From Raillietiella orientalis (taxonomy: Eukaryota): 64,000 nucleotides of DNA. The stretch is from assembly GCA_036172245.1 (NCBI GenBank), contig JAYWIR010000008.1:868001-932000 (forward strand). The letters run 5' to 3'. Positions 13,386 through 26,900 of this stretch are shown one piece after another (position 1 is the first letter of the stretch; each line of letters opens with the position of its first letter). The notes beneath the pieces are model-generated. The model was not told the origin of the DNA, ran no database searches, and saw nothing but the letters and a program-made list of their open reading frames with translations. The position numbers and the translations under genes were made by a program.

Positions 13386-14274
13386 GCAGGCGCGCCTTGA
13401 CGCACTCAACCTTAGGCGTCACATATCGGGGGGACCGTGGCATCAGCAGCAGCAGCAACTCGGCGAGGACTTGAGGGGGCTTGCGCACACCAAGAGGAGA
13501 AGAACGGGGGGCAAGCGAGGCCTCCATCTCTCCTCTTTATTTCCTTTTTTTTTTTTCTTCCTCTCGCGGTTCTTCCCGAAAGAGTTTGCCACGTAGCTCA
13601 ACAAGGCAAGAGAGCTGCCTGCGAGCAGTGTCAATCATCTGGTCCATTACTCTGTCTTTTAGAGAAGGAATCTTGTAAGGGGAGGGAGCGGTCAAGAGAA
13701 ACCTCGAAGCCGTGATTTCTTCATCCTGCTTACTTTTTAAGGATTCGCCCGGAGCATCTGCCTTCCTTCCTCCTCCTCTCCGTTTTCTCTCCTTTCGCGC
13801 TCTCGGGAGCCCTCGCACTCGTGTGCAGGCCATCAGCTGAGTATCCGCCTCGGAAATGCATCTCTTATTTTCCTCTGGCGAAACACGAAGACAAACTCGG
13901 CTTTCAACCGCTTCGCGTTCTCCGGCTCTTAATGTCTGTAAATCATGCGGCCAAATAACGAAAATCGGCCGAGCCTACGGTTGGTAATAACTAAAATCAA
14001 CAGCCATGATGGAGGTGATTCTATAATTGCGAAATCTGTCTTGCCCAGGTCAGCAGGGTACACGGATACGCGCGCACGGGGTAAAGGAATCCGTCGACGA
14101 AGGGAGTGTGACGACGGGGGGAAGAAGAAAAGGAAGAAGAAAAAAAATCATACTGATCCACCAGCAGCAGTATGTGAGGAAAAGAAAAAAAAAAAGCATG
14201 CGAGAGGGGAGCGATTGGTCATCGCTCCCGATCCAGCAGAAAAAGAGGCACGTGCGCGCACATGGGAAGCCCCT

Positions 14275-14456
14275 CAACAATGGCTCTCCGCTGCCTATTA
14301 ATAGCTCACGTTTCCAAGGGAAACTTCCCAACCAACAATGGCTCTCCGCTGCCTATTAATAGCTCACGTTTCCAAGGGAGACTTCCCAGCCAACAATGGC
14401 TCTACGCTGCCTATTAATAGCTCACGTTTCCAAGGGAGACTTCCCTACCAACAATG
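14275..14456. repeat. 58-bp tandem repeat, three copies plus a partial fourth
   Basis: Unit CAACAATGGCTCTCCGCTGCCTATTAATAGCTCACGTTTCCAAGGGARACTTCCC starts at 14275, 14333, 14391 and (partially) 14449. Confidence 0.95.
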
Positions 14457-16740
14457 CTGGCTCGCGGTCCATGAACCAGACACGCTTGCTGCCGCGTGCG
14501 CCTCTTGTTTCCCCCTCGCTCCATCTCCGTTTTCTTTTCTTTTTTTTTCTCTCTGCTATATGTATACAAAATGGAAAGTTTTCGAAAAGGAGAGAGTCTC
14601 CCGACGTGCCGAGCACTGCTTCAGTCGGGGCAAACCATTGAGACCAAGCGGAAATATTTGATTCCGCAAAAACGGAAGATGGTTGCAAACGTAAGGTTGC
14701 GCCGTTTCCCACACACATTCAAAGGCATTTCTTTCTTTCCTTTTTTTTTTTTTTTCTTTTCTTCCCCCATTCAGGGAGCAGTTGACAACGGGGCAAATGT
14801 TAATGAATAACATTGGACAGCCGATATATTATTAAGACCTAAAGAATTCCTAATTTATTTTAGCAAATGGTCGTAGAGATTCTTTTTCCCCTAGTCATCT
14901 GGATTCTGATTTTTAATTTTATCTCGATATTTAGTAGGTGCATGTTTAGGTATTCCGACAGCGCAGTTCTCGTCTACTTGTCCATAATTCAAAGTGGACG
15001 GAAGCGACCCGTTTCTTAATTTTTTTAACTACTGTCTCTTAGCAAGCTCTACCATTTCCTAATTAGCGGACGCGCTGATACCAGGTGGTCATTATTATTT
15101 GAAGGGTGTATTTATGACAATTCGAAAACTTCTACGTTGTGATGAGTTATAATCTTGTGGCACTATCACCACGCAAGAAACATTGTTCCAATTAGCCATA
15201 CCAGAAACATGATCCTCTCTATTTCAATAATCTGCGAATTTGCTCCTCCTGTTAATGCATCACATTTTTGATTAATGATGGTTGTCCCAAGCATGGCTCA
15301 CCGGCATTCATCATTTTCTCTATCCCGTGAGACATGACACTAGTCCGTCTCTAAATAGATTCTGTGGAATGCGCAAATTTATAAGTTGAGAGGAGGAAGA
15401 AGAAGAAAACGGAAAAAAAAAAAAAAACACTCACGTACACACACACTCACGTATGCACGCATACGCACGCGCACGCACACACGTGCATGTTGTTTGCACA
15501 GTGAAACGGAGAACGGGGAGAGTCAGAGATACCGGCGAGTTCGAGCGAGGGTGCTTAGCAACGCAGGCCGATGGATTCAACACAAAAGCAAACCCTGCGA
15601 GCCGGACGACAGCGAAGCGAGGCGGAAACCATCATCGGCGCGGATGGTCTCCATGACGTCGGGAGCGCGCCTCCAGGAAAAACTTTCATCCGCTCGATGC
15701 GTTTGCTTGCGATGGTGAAAGTTTCATGAGGCGCACTTTTCATGAGAGGCATGACGGATGCTTATGGCGTGGCATCTCGCATTGTAGCAGTTATTTGATT
15801 TAGGCAAATTTGTTCCATCAATCGCGCTTTATGAAAACAGATGTCCCTTCCGGATCCCTTCCGCCATCTTGCAACATGGCAAGCACGAAACCCTTTTCGA
15901 ATGCAGATAGCATGTGTGTGTGTGTGTGTGTTTTATATTCGTGATGAAAGTCTTTTATTATGCCATCGCAAAATGAATGACGAATGGGGGGGGTTTTTTT
16001 GCTTCGCAACGATTGATCGACAACTTATAGAGATATAGATGTACACAGATGCATTCTTAGCTTCAAGAATGGTTGGTTGAGAATTCGCCAACTTCAAACA
16101 GGGGAGGGGGCGGAAGAGAATAAGAAGGAGAGAGAGACGGGGGGGGGGAAGGATCCAAAGATAAAGATGAAACAACAACAACAAAAATAAATCCTAAAAC
16201 ATGATTTCTGATACGCGCTTGGGAACACGAACGTTTTGCACAGGGGAAGGTAAGCTGTTGCACGGACTCCGAAGTTCGGAGAATTTGATTTATGGCGGTT
16301 CCGAGCCACCTACCGGATATGTTTGGGGTAACTCGAAAACGGATGGGTCCTTTGTCAGGTGATGTCCACCCCCCACCCCAAACGCGGAGGAAACGGGCGG
16401 AGACGCTCAATTTATGCCGGCAACAACGGGAAGGCTCGGCGACGGCGCGTTCTGAGAGGTGTAGTGCACCACGTGCGGTGTTTGCTGGCACGCGCGCGTG
16501 CAGCGGTGCGTGCCCCATGCTTCTCCCCCTCTCCTTCCCTTGCTTGCCTCCCATCTGGAGGAAGGCTCGTCGGAAGCCGACGAGGGAAGGGAGTGGGACG
16601 GGAGCGTCGTGGTCGTTCCGGGATCTCCACCGAGGTGCTGCCTTCCTGCCAGTTTTCTGCCCCTTTCCCCTGCCCCCCGCCCCCCGAGAGTGCTCCCTCC
16701 CCTCCATTGCTGTCGTCTCTCCTCCCCCTGCCCCCCTTCC

Positions 16741-17670
16741 CGCCAGTCCCTCGCGTGTACCCGGAGAGGACGACGGGAGAGAGCGTTCCGTTGGAATCAG
16801 TGACTGCGCCCGGCTGAATCGGTGACTCCCCGTTCCCATCCGTGCCACCGCGGACGTGGACGCCAAGATCGCCGGCATTAAACGGAGGTGGTGCTTCTCA
16901 TCACGCCCTTTTACGAAGATCGCCGTTTCGGAACTTTGAGGTGAACTTCGTGGCAAAAATCTCTGCGCGTGCGCGTGCTTGCATGCGTGCTTGTGTTTGT
17001 GTATGTGTGCGTGTGCGCGTCTGACGCGCGCGAGCGTTTCCTATTTGTCACGTGACTTCGACTTCTCCTCTTCTCTTCCCCCCCCTCCTAAGAAAAAAAA
17101 AAAAAAAAGTCAAAACGACATGCGCATTTTAAATCCCACGGGTTCAGGACGTTCCCACTCCTGAAATGGGTCCGCGTCGATGCATGCAACGGGCGGGAGA
17201 CTGCGCAGGAGATGCACCCCCTGAGCAACCACCGGGAGTCAACCAACGGGGTGGGGGGACGGGCGCGACGCCGGATGGATCCGGATCGCACGAGAATCGC
17301 CGGTCGCCTCCGGGGCCCTCCGTTGACTTTGTCCTGGGATGTAGATTTCCCGTCTCCGGCGGAGAGGCGGTCTCCAGGGCAATTAACGACACGAAGCTCT
17401 CTCGCCTCCTCGTCTTCCCTTACTGCATCTCCCCGCCTTCGTCCCTCCCCCCCACCCTCCCCCGCACGGATCTCCTCGGGGCCGCCGCAGCTTCACGGTC
17501 AGTCCGCGCTTCTGGCTCCTGCAACTTTCCCGCGTAGCTCCCTCCTGCCTCAGCAAGCCGCGGTGGCGCGGATAGGAACGGGGAGCCATCGATTCAGCCG
17601 GGCGCAGTCACAGATTCCACCGAAACGCTCTCTCCTGTCGTTCGCTCCTGGGGCGCGCGACGGTCTGGCG
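16741..17670. repeat. Inverted duplication; core arms 16770-16853 and 17558-17641
   Basis: 84-nt arms that are ungapped reverse complements with 8 mismatches by manual alignment. Similarity extends outward about 30 nt; the spacer is 704 nt. Confidence 0.9.
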
Positions 17671-20600
17671 GGGGGAGGGATGAGGGGGGAACTGGTAGGA
17701 AGGCGGCGGCGACACGGCTAAAGGCGCGATCGTAGCCGTCGCCCTGCAGGTGCGGGCCGCTGCGGAGGAACAGGAGGGAAAGGGATCGGCAGCAGGGGAA
17801 GTCCCGGAGATGAGTGAAGGCTGAGACGGGGCGCGGCAGGTGCAATCGCTGCCGCCGCTGAGCGCTCCCCTCCTCGGCAGGGGGTCGCTCCGACAACGAC
17901 TTCTCGCTGCTGGCGCCACGGTCGCGTGAGGAGGGTCTTTTGGGTGGCTGTGTGCGCACGCCGCTGCCTCCTGCCCGTGCCCCCGGACAGATCGGGACGG
18001 GCGCGCATGTCCCCGGGCAGCACATAACCTCCATAGCCGTCTCCAGGCAACGGCGGAGAGAGAGGCAAGAGACCAAAGCCTCCCTCTGCGTACAGAGTGC
18101 CCGTCCGGAGGCGGGGAAGGACGGAGGGAGGGAGTGGAAGAGGATAATTAGGGCATCCCTTCCGCGCGGTCGCCAAGACGACGGAATGGAAAGCGAATGA
18201 GTCGTCTCCCCCTTCCTGCCCGGTGCTCCTGGGAACCCGGCGACCCCTCTGTGTGGCAATGAGAGACGGGGGGGGGGGGACGAGGCTGCACAAGTTCTCC
18301 TCCTCCCCGCACGGCCCATAGACTGGTCCTTCGGGAACGCGGGAAAGGGGGGGCGGGACGCGGAAACGACAACTCCAGAGGCTATCCCACGCGCGCGATT
18401 CCCCGGATCTGAGTCCCTCCCCTTCCCGAGCCCCTAGGACAATCCCCCGCCTGGGGAGTGGGGGAGACATCTGTGCGTCGGAATGCCCCCTCGGTTGAGG
18501 TCGCGACCTTCCCCCCCTCCTTCGCGGGCTCACGGGAGGGTCCCGACGGGCAATCGCCGAGGGGCCTCACTGCGGAGGCGGCCGGAGGCCGCTGGCCTTG
18601 GCGGCAGCAGCGCGGGAAGGGCTCGGTCCTGGGGGGGGACTCAACAGGAAGTGCCTGGGCGAAGGGGCAAGGGTGGGAAGGCAGCTCCCCACCCCTTGAC
18701 GACCCCCTGGTAGATGCTGCGGTCCTACCCAGTAGGGCCGTCCCTCCAGCCAGGTGAAGCTCTCCTCACGCTCGCGGTCTCGACGACCCGAGGCAGAAGG
18801 CGCGTTCCATCGCGGGCACCCGGATGGCCCACTGGGGAGAGGAGCCTCCGGACGCATCCGATCCCACCCGCCCGCTGCCGCCGAGGACGGACGCTGGCCA
18901 CTTGAAAGGACGCCCCCGAGGCGGCCGCCGCCTGCGCGAGCTCCGGGCTCGCCGCGCCCTGTAATGACGGCGGGCGCGCGCCGCGTGATTTCCGCCCGCC
19001 GCGCGGCGGCTCCCCGCGCCCTCCTTTGTTCCCCCCCCCCCTCCCTTAATTGGCGTCTCGTTCTCGGGGGCTGTAATCGGGCCCATCCGGCGCCTCGCGC
19101 TCGGGCAACGCCTACCGCCCGCCGGTGGCGCTGGCGCGCGCATCTCCGTACCGCCGCTGTTCCTTCATCTCCCGCTTTTCTCGCCAAGATGGGGAAGGGA
19201 GGGAGGCAGAGAAACACCGTAAGAAGGGAAGGAAGGAGCAGCCAGGACAGGAGGAAAAGAGGAGGGAGGGAGCCGGACTCTCCTCCTTGGAAGTCTCCGC
19301 TGCCTCCCCACGAGCTCACGTCTTCCTCCTGTTCTCGTCCTGTCTTGGAGATAGGTACGGAGGCAGGGAAGGGCTCCCGCCTTCTCATGGTCTCAGAGAA
19401 GCGACAGGCGGGAGGGGCTGACCCTCTCTTGCTGTCCGCAGCGGCTCTTCGTCGCCGCCGCCGCGCGAGCTCCCGACCCTCAGCCGCTTGCGTTCCGCCG
19501 CTGCTCCCCTCTAACGGCTGCGAGTCGTGGTGAACGAGGTTTCCATTCCCCGTCGCTGGGAGGCGCGGAGAGCGGTGCGCGCCTCCAAAGTTCCTTTCGC
19601 GCTTCTCCCGTCACGGCTTCCTGTACCCCCGGTTTCGAGGTCGCAGCGTGCCCACGCCTCCCTCCTCCGAGACCCGTGCCTCCGTGGAACGAGCTCCGTC
19701 CCCACCCCAGTCACCACGAAAGGAGGGGAAAATCCCGGCCGCCGATGCTTCCTCCCCCACGGCATCAGGACCGCTCGCCGGCAACCACGTCGAGACAGGA
19801 GCAGCGGCTGCGGGTGGGCGCGCGCTCCTCGACCGCCCCGCCCCTTCCCCTCTTCCTCGCTCGTCTTCTTGCTGATCCACACAGCTCCCTCGAGATGCCT
19901 CTGCTGTGGCTGCTGCCACCTCTGCGAGCGACTCGCAGGGAAGGGAGGGGAGGGGGAGGAGAAAAGGGGAGACGCTCCCCTCGTACCCCTTTCCCCCCCC
20001 CCCCGCTGTACATCAGGACGGACGGGCGCTGAAGCTCAGGAAGCGTTCGTCCCGCGCATGCGCGACGCCTCCGGCGTGCGGCAGGACGCCGTCCAGAGAT
20101 GGGGAGGACGAGGTGGGGTAGACGTTCGCCCCACTTCACCCCCCTGAGACCCCGCGCGAGCTCGCGAATGGAGGGACGGAAGGAAGGGACTCCCCCGCTA
20201 TCCTCGGACCCGCTCCTCCAGGAACTTCTCCCTGCGTTGGCTGCGGACCGACCGCCTGCGAGGTAGGGAGGGAAGAGGGAGCGGAGGGAGCACCATGGAT
20301 CCGAGGAAGGCCCTTGCGGCGCCGTCGCAGCTCTCCCCATCCTGCCTCCTCCCGCGGTTCCCGGGAAGCCCTCTCCTCTGCCATCGCACCTCCCGAGGGG
20401 CCTGGCTTCCCTTCCAGCGGAGCTCCGGAAGAGACCCGAAAGAGCACCCTCGGCGTCCAGGAGGAAGCAGAGCTCCCGTACGACCCGGACGGACGCCGCG
20501 GGCGTTCCCGCACAGAAGGGACTCGCAGGTAGGAGAGAGAAGGACGCGCCCCCTTCCTCGCACCCCTGTCTCGCGGGAGATTACCTCGCGAGGCTGAGGA

Positions 20601-23365
20601 AAGACTGAGGGGAGGAGAAGGAGGTGGGCGCCCCGAGGCAGCAGCGGTCCCCTCGGTCGGGGGTCAGCTGCTGCGGGGGAGGCCACCCCTGTAGGTGGAG
20701 CGCCGCAGGAAAGAGAAGCAGCAGCTGTACGGATGAGGGCGTGGGGTCCTCGGCAGGCGTCACCATGGCGACCCGACGAACCATCCCGGCAGCACCGGCG
20801 CGCGCTTTGGCCGGAAGGATAATCTCCCCCCCTCGTCCGTAGGGAGGCGGCCCACCGTCCCTGGAGCCTCCTTGAGCGCACGAGCGGTTCCGGCAAAGAT
20901 CGCGCCTTCTCTCGCGGCCTTCTCGTGACCTTCACCGATGGCCTCCTCGCGATCTGGGATCTCTCCTGGTGCTTGGCCTTCCCGCAGAACTCCACGCGGC
21001 TTGCATCCACGCTCCTCCCCCTTACTTCTTCGTTCCGTTCCCGGCCGCTCTTGGATTCCCTTGCCCTCCCGTTCCGAGCGACCCGCTTATCCCGGCAGGT
21101 CCTCTCCTCCGTACGGATGGTTTTGTCACCGCCCCGGAACGGAACCGCGCCTCTCCAAGGATGCCCCCGGGGTGCATAGGGAAGGAGGTGAAAAGGGAGG
21201 GAAGCGGTCGGATTGCTTTGTTGCTCCGTGCGGCGCTCCTCTACGTCCCTCGCCCTCCAGGAGCGGTTGCGCTTGCGCACGCAGGGGCTCCCTTCCGATG
21301 GGGCGCAGTCCGAGCGAACGGCACAGGCGCGGCCCGCCGGTTCCCCTGTCGTGCAGGGCCGACCGGGAGCCCGTTCTCCGAGCATCCTCCGCGCGCATTC
21401 GAGAGTGCGCAGCCGAGGGTCGTTCTCCCCTGGGACGCCCGCCTTCCCCACCTCCGACCACACCCTTCCTTCCTCGCTCGTAGCGCGTCCTCTCCGAAGC
21501 ACCCTGAGTGCGCCCCTGCTGCTGCTGCGGCGGCGACACTCCACCTCCCGCCCGCGCCATCCGTCCGGAAGTGTGGCGCCATCCCGCGCGAGGCCGTCGC
21601 GTCCGACGTGAGCGCTCACCGGCGAGGGAACCGCCTACCATGCCACCAACCAAGGGGTGCCCGCGGAATCCTGCGGACTCAGCATCCGCTGGGCTGCCGA
21701 AATCCCAATCCTACTCTCCCCTTCCGAAATCGGAGTGTCGGAACCCCTGAGGCAGCAACACCAAGAAACCCCATGGATCCCGGCAACCGACTGCACTTGT
21801 TCGCGCCTGCGCAAGCAAAGCCACGAGCTGTTCATGGAACGAGGCATCTCGCGGCCATCTTGCTGGCGGTTTGTTTGTCTTGCGTTCTGGTGACCTCTCC
21901 TTGCGAACTCCTCCTCCCTCTCCGGAAATGGCAGCAACGACTACTTTCAGAGCAAACAAGTGTCCAGCTAACGTTTGCACTGGAGCGTGTACCATGAGAG
22001 TGGTACGTAAGGCGACCTGGTCCTCATGTTGGGATTTCTTCCGGCAGTCACTCCTCCACCTGCTCCGCACTAACTCCGACCCACGACCTCTTTTCGAGTG
22101 TTGCTTATTCTTGCAGGAATACCACTCTGTGTCTACACTTACAAGTTCCATTTCTCAATGCCCTGATACCACCCTCGCCGCTGGTCTGCCTCGATCACCG
22201 GAGGTCGAACTGGGCGCTTCGAATTTTCGAGGAGGCAAAAGAATCAGGTCGCTCCTTGCTCCGAGCCCGCCATCCACCTGATAAAATCCAATGAACGTGC
22301 GATGGAAATCATAAATTCAGTGGCTTCCTTATTAAGGAGGGAGCGTTTGCATTGCGGCCGAGCGAAGCTAAAACGAAAAGAAAAGAAAGGGCCGATACCA
22401 CACACCGCGCTTTTCGGATGCCAGTAGCATCGAGCACAACCCCCATGATCCCCAGAAAGCAGACGAACGAGCGCCTAAGAGGCTTTCCGTTGAACTGTTC
22501 CAAGTAATTGCAGATGTCCATGCAAAGACTTCGAACGAACCACCACCATCATCTCATCCCACTTCCTTGATAAAGACCGGAAGTAAACCGACCGAGAACA
22601 ACGAAACCCGCAACATAATACTTGGAATCCATTCGACGTGTGATTAAATCAACTGCTGTTAACAAAAATTGAATCTCGGTTTCGGCCTGCTCTTTCCTCC
22701 AGATGTCCGAACCTCGAATCGTTATGAAAATTCGTGGTCGGGGGCGGAGGGGGGGGGGGGGAGGAACCGACGTTGCTTTGCTCAACAGCACTGTCTGTGT
22801 ACGCTTTATTTATTTATTTGTTCCCCGCCGGCTGGAGTGGTAATTGTACGACTGTTTCCCCGGCGTAAACGGCGCGTCACTTTGGCTGCCTTTCACCCGA
22901 GGACGGGGAAGGCCCGCCAGGCTTGGTGTTCCGGATGCGGAAGCGCACGCAGCCATCGCGAGGAGACGCGGCACGGAACGGGCGGTGCACGTGCGTACAC
23001 CCCGCCAAACTTCGATCCTCAAGTGCTGAGGGCACTCCAGATGAACTGACAGAGTTGCTTGCGTCCTGGTGGTCTTTCGGAGACCGCAGCCCGAGGCGAG
23101 GTCCAGGAGGCGGGCGAGTTGCGAGCGTTTTTCGTTCTTGGAGGCCGGACCGCTCCTGACAGGCCGTCCGCAGACCCTCGGAGAGTTTCGCTCTGCAGGT
23201 TCTGGTACTGCCTACTGCACGCCCGAGGCAACGCCCAGCAGCCCTGCGGCGTCCCGGTGTCCCCGCTGTCTGTAGGAGGCGCTTCGCGACCCGCCGCCGG
23301 GTCGCTGCGCGCCCTCGCCGGCCGCGTTTTCCCCACCGCCTGGAGGTTGGAAACTCACGTCCGGA

Positions 23366-23867
23366 ATGGATGGGAAGAGCGGGAAAATGGTTGCCATCAT
23401 ACCCAGAGGTAGGTGAAATACCCAGCAGATGTGCGTCTTTCAAGGAGAATTAGGTGTGTTGGCATGCAAGTGCCCATCGGAGCCCGTCGATTTCCGCGTG
23501 GGCCTGCCAGACCCATTTTCGATCCCCTTAAACAAAGTACTTTCGTGTGCAGTGCCCGTAGAAACGTACAGGTCCGTGGAACGACACGAAAGGTAGGGCC
23601 ATGTAAAAACGTGCAAGTGAAAGCAAGGAAGACAGGAAACACCGTCAGCTTACAAAGCTGGCAGCAAGAGCCAGTGCTCGGTTTGTTTTCGTTTCCTCAT
23701 CCAAGTGGCTCGGTCAAAAGAACCGTACGAAACGGACAGGCGGGGAACCCACAGGTGACCCGACACCCAGGGGCAGGTTTCAAGGGCACGGTGGATTCGA
23801 TTGAACCGGGGAAATCAAATCAGGCAGCACGGGCTCACAAAACTCGCTCCAGCAATGCATTTGAATC

Positions 23868-23918
<51 letters not shown>

Positions 23919-26900
23919 GTGGGCGGCAGCACATCTTTTGCTTTAATGCATGTCATAAAAAAAAAAAAAAACATTCACCGTGACCGAATCAAGAAAATGC
24001 TTAGATAAACGTCTTGCTTGAATGCCATTATGCCCCTGATTGCTCACTTTTTTTTCCAGATCATGGTTTATCGGGAATTCGGTGGTATCAAATGGTAGTA
24101 TTTATATATTAGCACCAGTTGACCCCACGTTTTTGTTGCTTTCCACCTTAAAAAAGGTATTGTGACTTTCCTGCTGCATACAGAACTTAATATTTCAGCA
24201 CACTAATCTATCCATGTTACTCTTTGCAATGTGTTTTTGAAATGAAATGGAGTTCAGGTTTTTACATCAGATCTATTTTTCCTTCCTTCTCCAGCTTTGT
24301 CACTCATTTAACTTGCTTTCCAGTCATGGAGCTATTTGTTCACTGTAATTTTTTTCTTTGTTCTTTGAATTGTGTCATATCTGCATCATTTTTAAGACTG
24401 AGTAAATCCATTAGAGTAAATCCGAGACTTCAGTAACAGTTTATTATTGATATTTCTAATTTTTCTGAAACTTGTACTTTCAGAATGATTATTTTGCTCA
24501 TTCATACAGCTGCTGTTACAGTATAGAAAAATTGAATTCCATCATTAGTGAAAGTTTTCTTTTCTATTGATACTGATGGTTAATCATTTTTTTTTCTTCT
24601 TTTTCCATTTTTTAAATAGCTGATTTACTTTCACAATTCTGCAAACTTAGTATAGGAAAGCTTATTAGAATAATTTGGAAAAAAGTGAAAAATATGTAAT
24701 AATGGATTTGTGATCATTGCATATAAGATAGCAGATTGAAACTAATATACCTGTAGTGAGGATAATATTCCCTACAAGGGAACCATTTATCCAATGAATC
24801 CCCATGAGCAAAACTGAACTTCCAAAATACACTAAAAAAGCAAGACTAAACTGCAAAGAACATTTTCAAATTTTTGTTAGAAGTCACATTGCTCCAATAA
24901 ATCTATTCAAATTACTCTTGAGTGATTACACATTTCTACATTTTTTTCACATACTTTTCAGAGTAAACAGAAATATTTATCAGCAAGCCAGTTAGTTGCA
25001 GCCATAAGAGATGATGTGAATATAATGGAAAGATTTAGATTTTTCAACCATGAATATTCATTCTTGGAAAAATTATGTCAGTTGATTGCGGACTGTCGAG
25101 GTAAATGGTATTAAGGTTGCTAATAAGGAACTAAGATGTCTTCAAATTTTAGAAACGCATGAAAAAATGTTCAAATATTCAGAAACCAAAGTAATGTGTT
25201 GGTTACAGAATAAAGTGAGCAGAGTTGTAAAATACTTGGGCACCAAGAAGTCATTGGTTGCATCTGAATCACAAGGTATATAGCTTTTTATTTCGAGTTA
25301 TTTATTACTATTATTATTTGAACTTTTGAGTAAATTGCAACATTGATGAAAGTTAATTTGCATTGAAAGTTTTCCTATCATCTGGCTGTTTTAAGCATTA
25401 TACATGTGTTGAGAGTAATAAAGAATTCCTGAAAAAACTCAGTTTGCTGGTTTCTTGTTTATAATATAGAAATCAAATTCTCTTGAGGAAACCCATTATT
25501 AATCAATGGCACTCTCTTGCATGCAGCACATTTCTTCTTGGTATCTTCAAATACACTTGTGCCTTCATGATAATGCTGTTAAGTTATGCTGTGGACTTGA
25601 AAAGTAATGTTTCACTGCAGAAGGCATACAAATGAGTGATTATAACCATGCCAGCAGAATTATTTGGGGAAGTTATTTGAAAATTTTGATTAAATTAATG
25701 CTAGTGTAATTAACACGTGATTTTCGTTCGTTTGTGTGCTTCTTGAGCAAGTAACAGCATTGCAAATTACTGGCATCAAATTGATGCAAAATTCTTGGAA
25801 GATCCTGTTCTACATTGTTCTCATGTTTTGCAAGCTTGTTTGCCAGAAAAGAAACAGGGAAGGCTAGCTTTTTTTCTTATTTCAAAAAAACAGCAGTAGG
25901 CAGAGTACTGATGCTCAGAACTTATTCTTTGTTGACATGTTCATATCAGATTTAAGAGTTCATGTAAAAATCAGTTTGAGAAACACATTAATAACACCGT
26001 ATAAAATAAATTGCATTGTCATTAATTCCCAAGTGAAACATTGGATTCTGAGTTGTGTTTATGTGATGATTGCATAGTTCATCATTTTGGAGATTGAATT
26101 GGTAATAATAATGTGGCGATTCATTCTTGCATGATAGACCCACATAACCTGAAAATTTTGTAATTATGGTATTGAATGCTGATTAATAATGCCACTTATC
26201 TGATGTACAAAGGAAAAGCATAATCAAAGGAAGTAAACCATGTTTTTCACAAAATTCTTTGCAGATCTTTTCTTTTGGCAAAAAATAGGAAAAGCAATTT
26301 GTAAGTAGGACATGGGTATAACTGGGGTGGCAGCGGATTTTCGATCCCATAGCTGGCAGTTGCCAGTCTTCACAAAAATAAAACTAATTGTGCCTGTGTA
26401 AAGATTATGTCAAAAATGTAGTTTATCAGAAATAGAGCTCTTGTGTTGTTGTTTTTTTTTTTTAATTCAAATATGTTTCCAATATGTTTTGAGCTCGAAA
26501 CAATAGGAAAAAAATTCATTGTGTTGCTCTCTCTAAGCGCAAATAACAAAACGAATAGTTTTCAAGACACTTGGAAGTGCCTTGAGTCTTAAACTATAAC
26601 TGTCTATAAACTATTTGCATTTCTAGTGACTAAGTGGAAAAATTGGTGTAGAAAACTTTGCATTTCAGCATGACATGGTGTTCAAATTCTTTAATGCCTT
26701 ACAAATTACTTGCCACTTTCTTATCTTCGTTATCACAAAAAAATATCAAAAGTCACAGCACAGAACTTAATCATCATTTACCCAGCAAGGACCTCTATTA
26801 CAACATTATTGATACCATTTGAAATGTGGACTTGCATGATTCATTCATAAAGTCCAATTGAGTTTCATCAAGATTTTAACCAAAGTGCACAGTAAAGTGC

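Noticed and set aside
14275..14456. CRISPR-like appearance of the tandem repeat
   Set aside because: Head-to-tail units with no unique spacers, in a eukaryotic context with no cas genes.
15862..21862. GCCATCTTG (YY1/Pho) motifs plus GA-rich tracts as a Polycomb response element
   Set aside because: Too few and too dispersed to distinguish from background without chromatin data.
22876..22926. VTLAAFHPRTGKARQAW, resembling the RNASEH2B HPRTG motif
   Set aside because: No usable splice sites. The phase-compatible exon 23454-23592 already supplies the equivalent segment.
3000..23300. Numerous 150-470 aa ORFs on both strands
   Set aside because: Low-complexity R/G/P/S/A translations overlapping in several frames, with no recognisable domain; expected from stop-codon scarcity at high GC.
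23919..23979. Exon-like GGRQHIFCF after the poly-T tract
   Set aside because: Contains an A15 homopolymer and its entry phase does not fit the preceding exon; not needed for the model.
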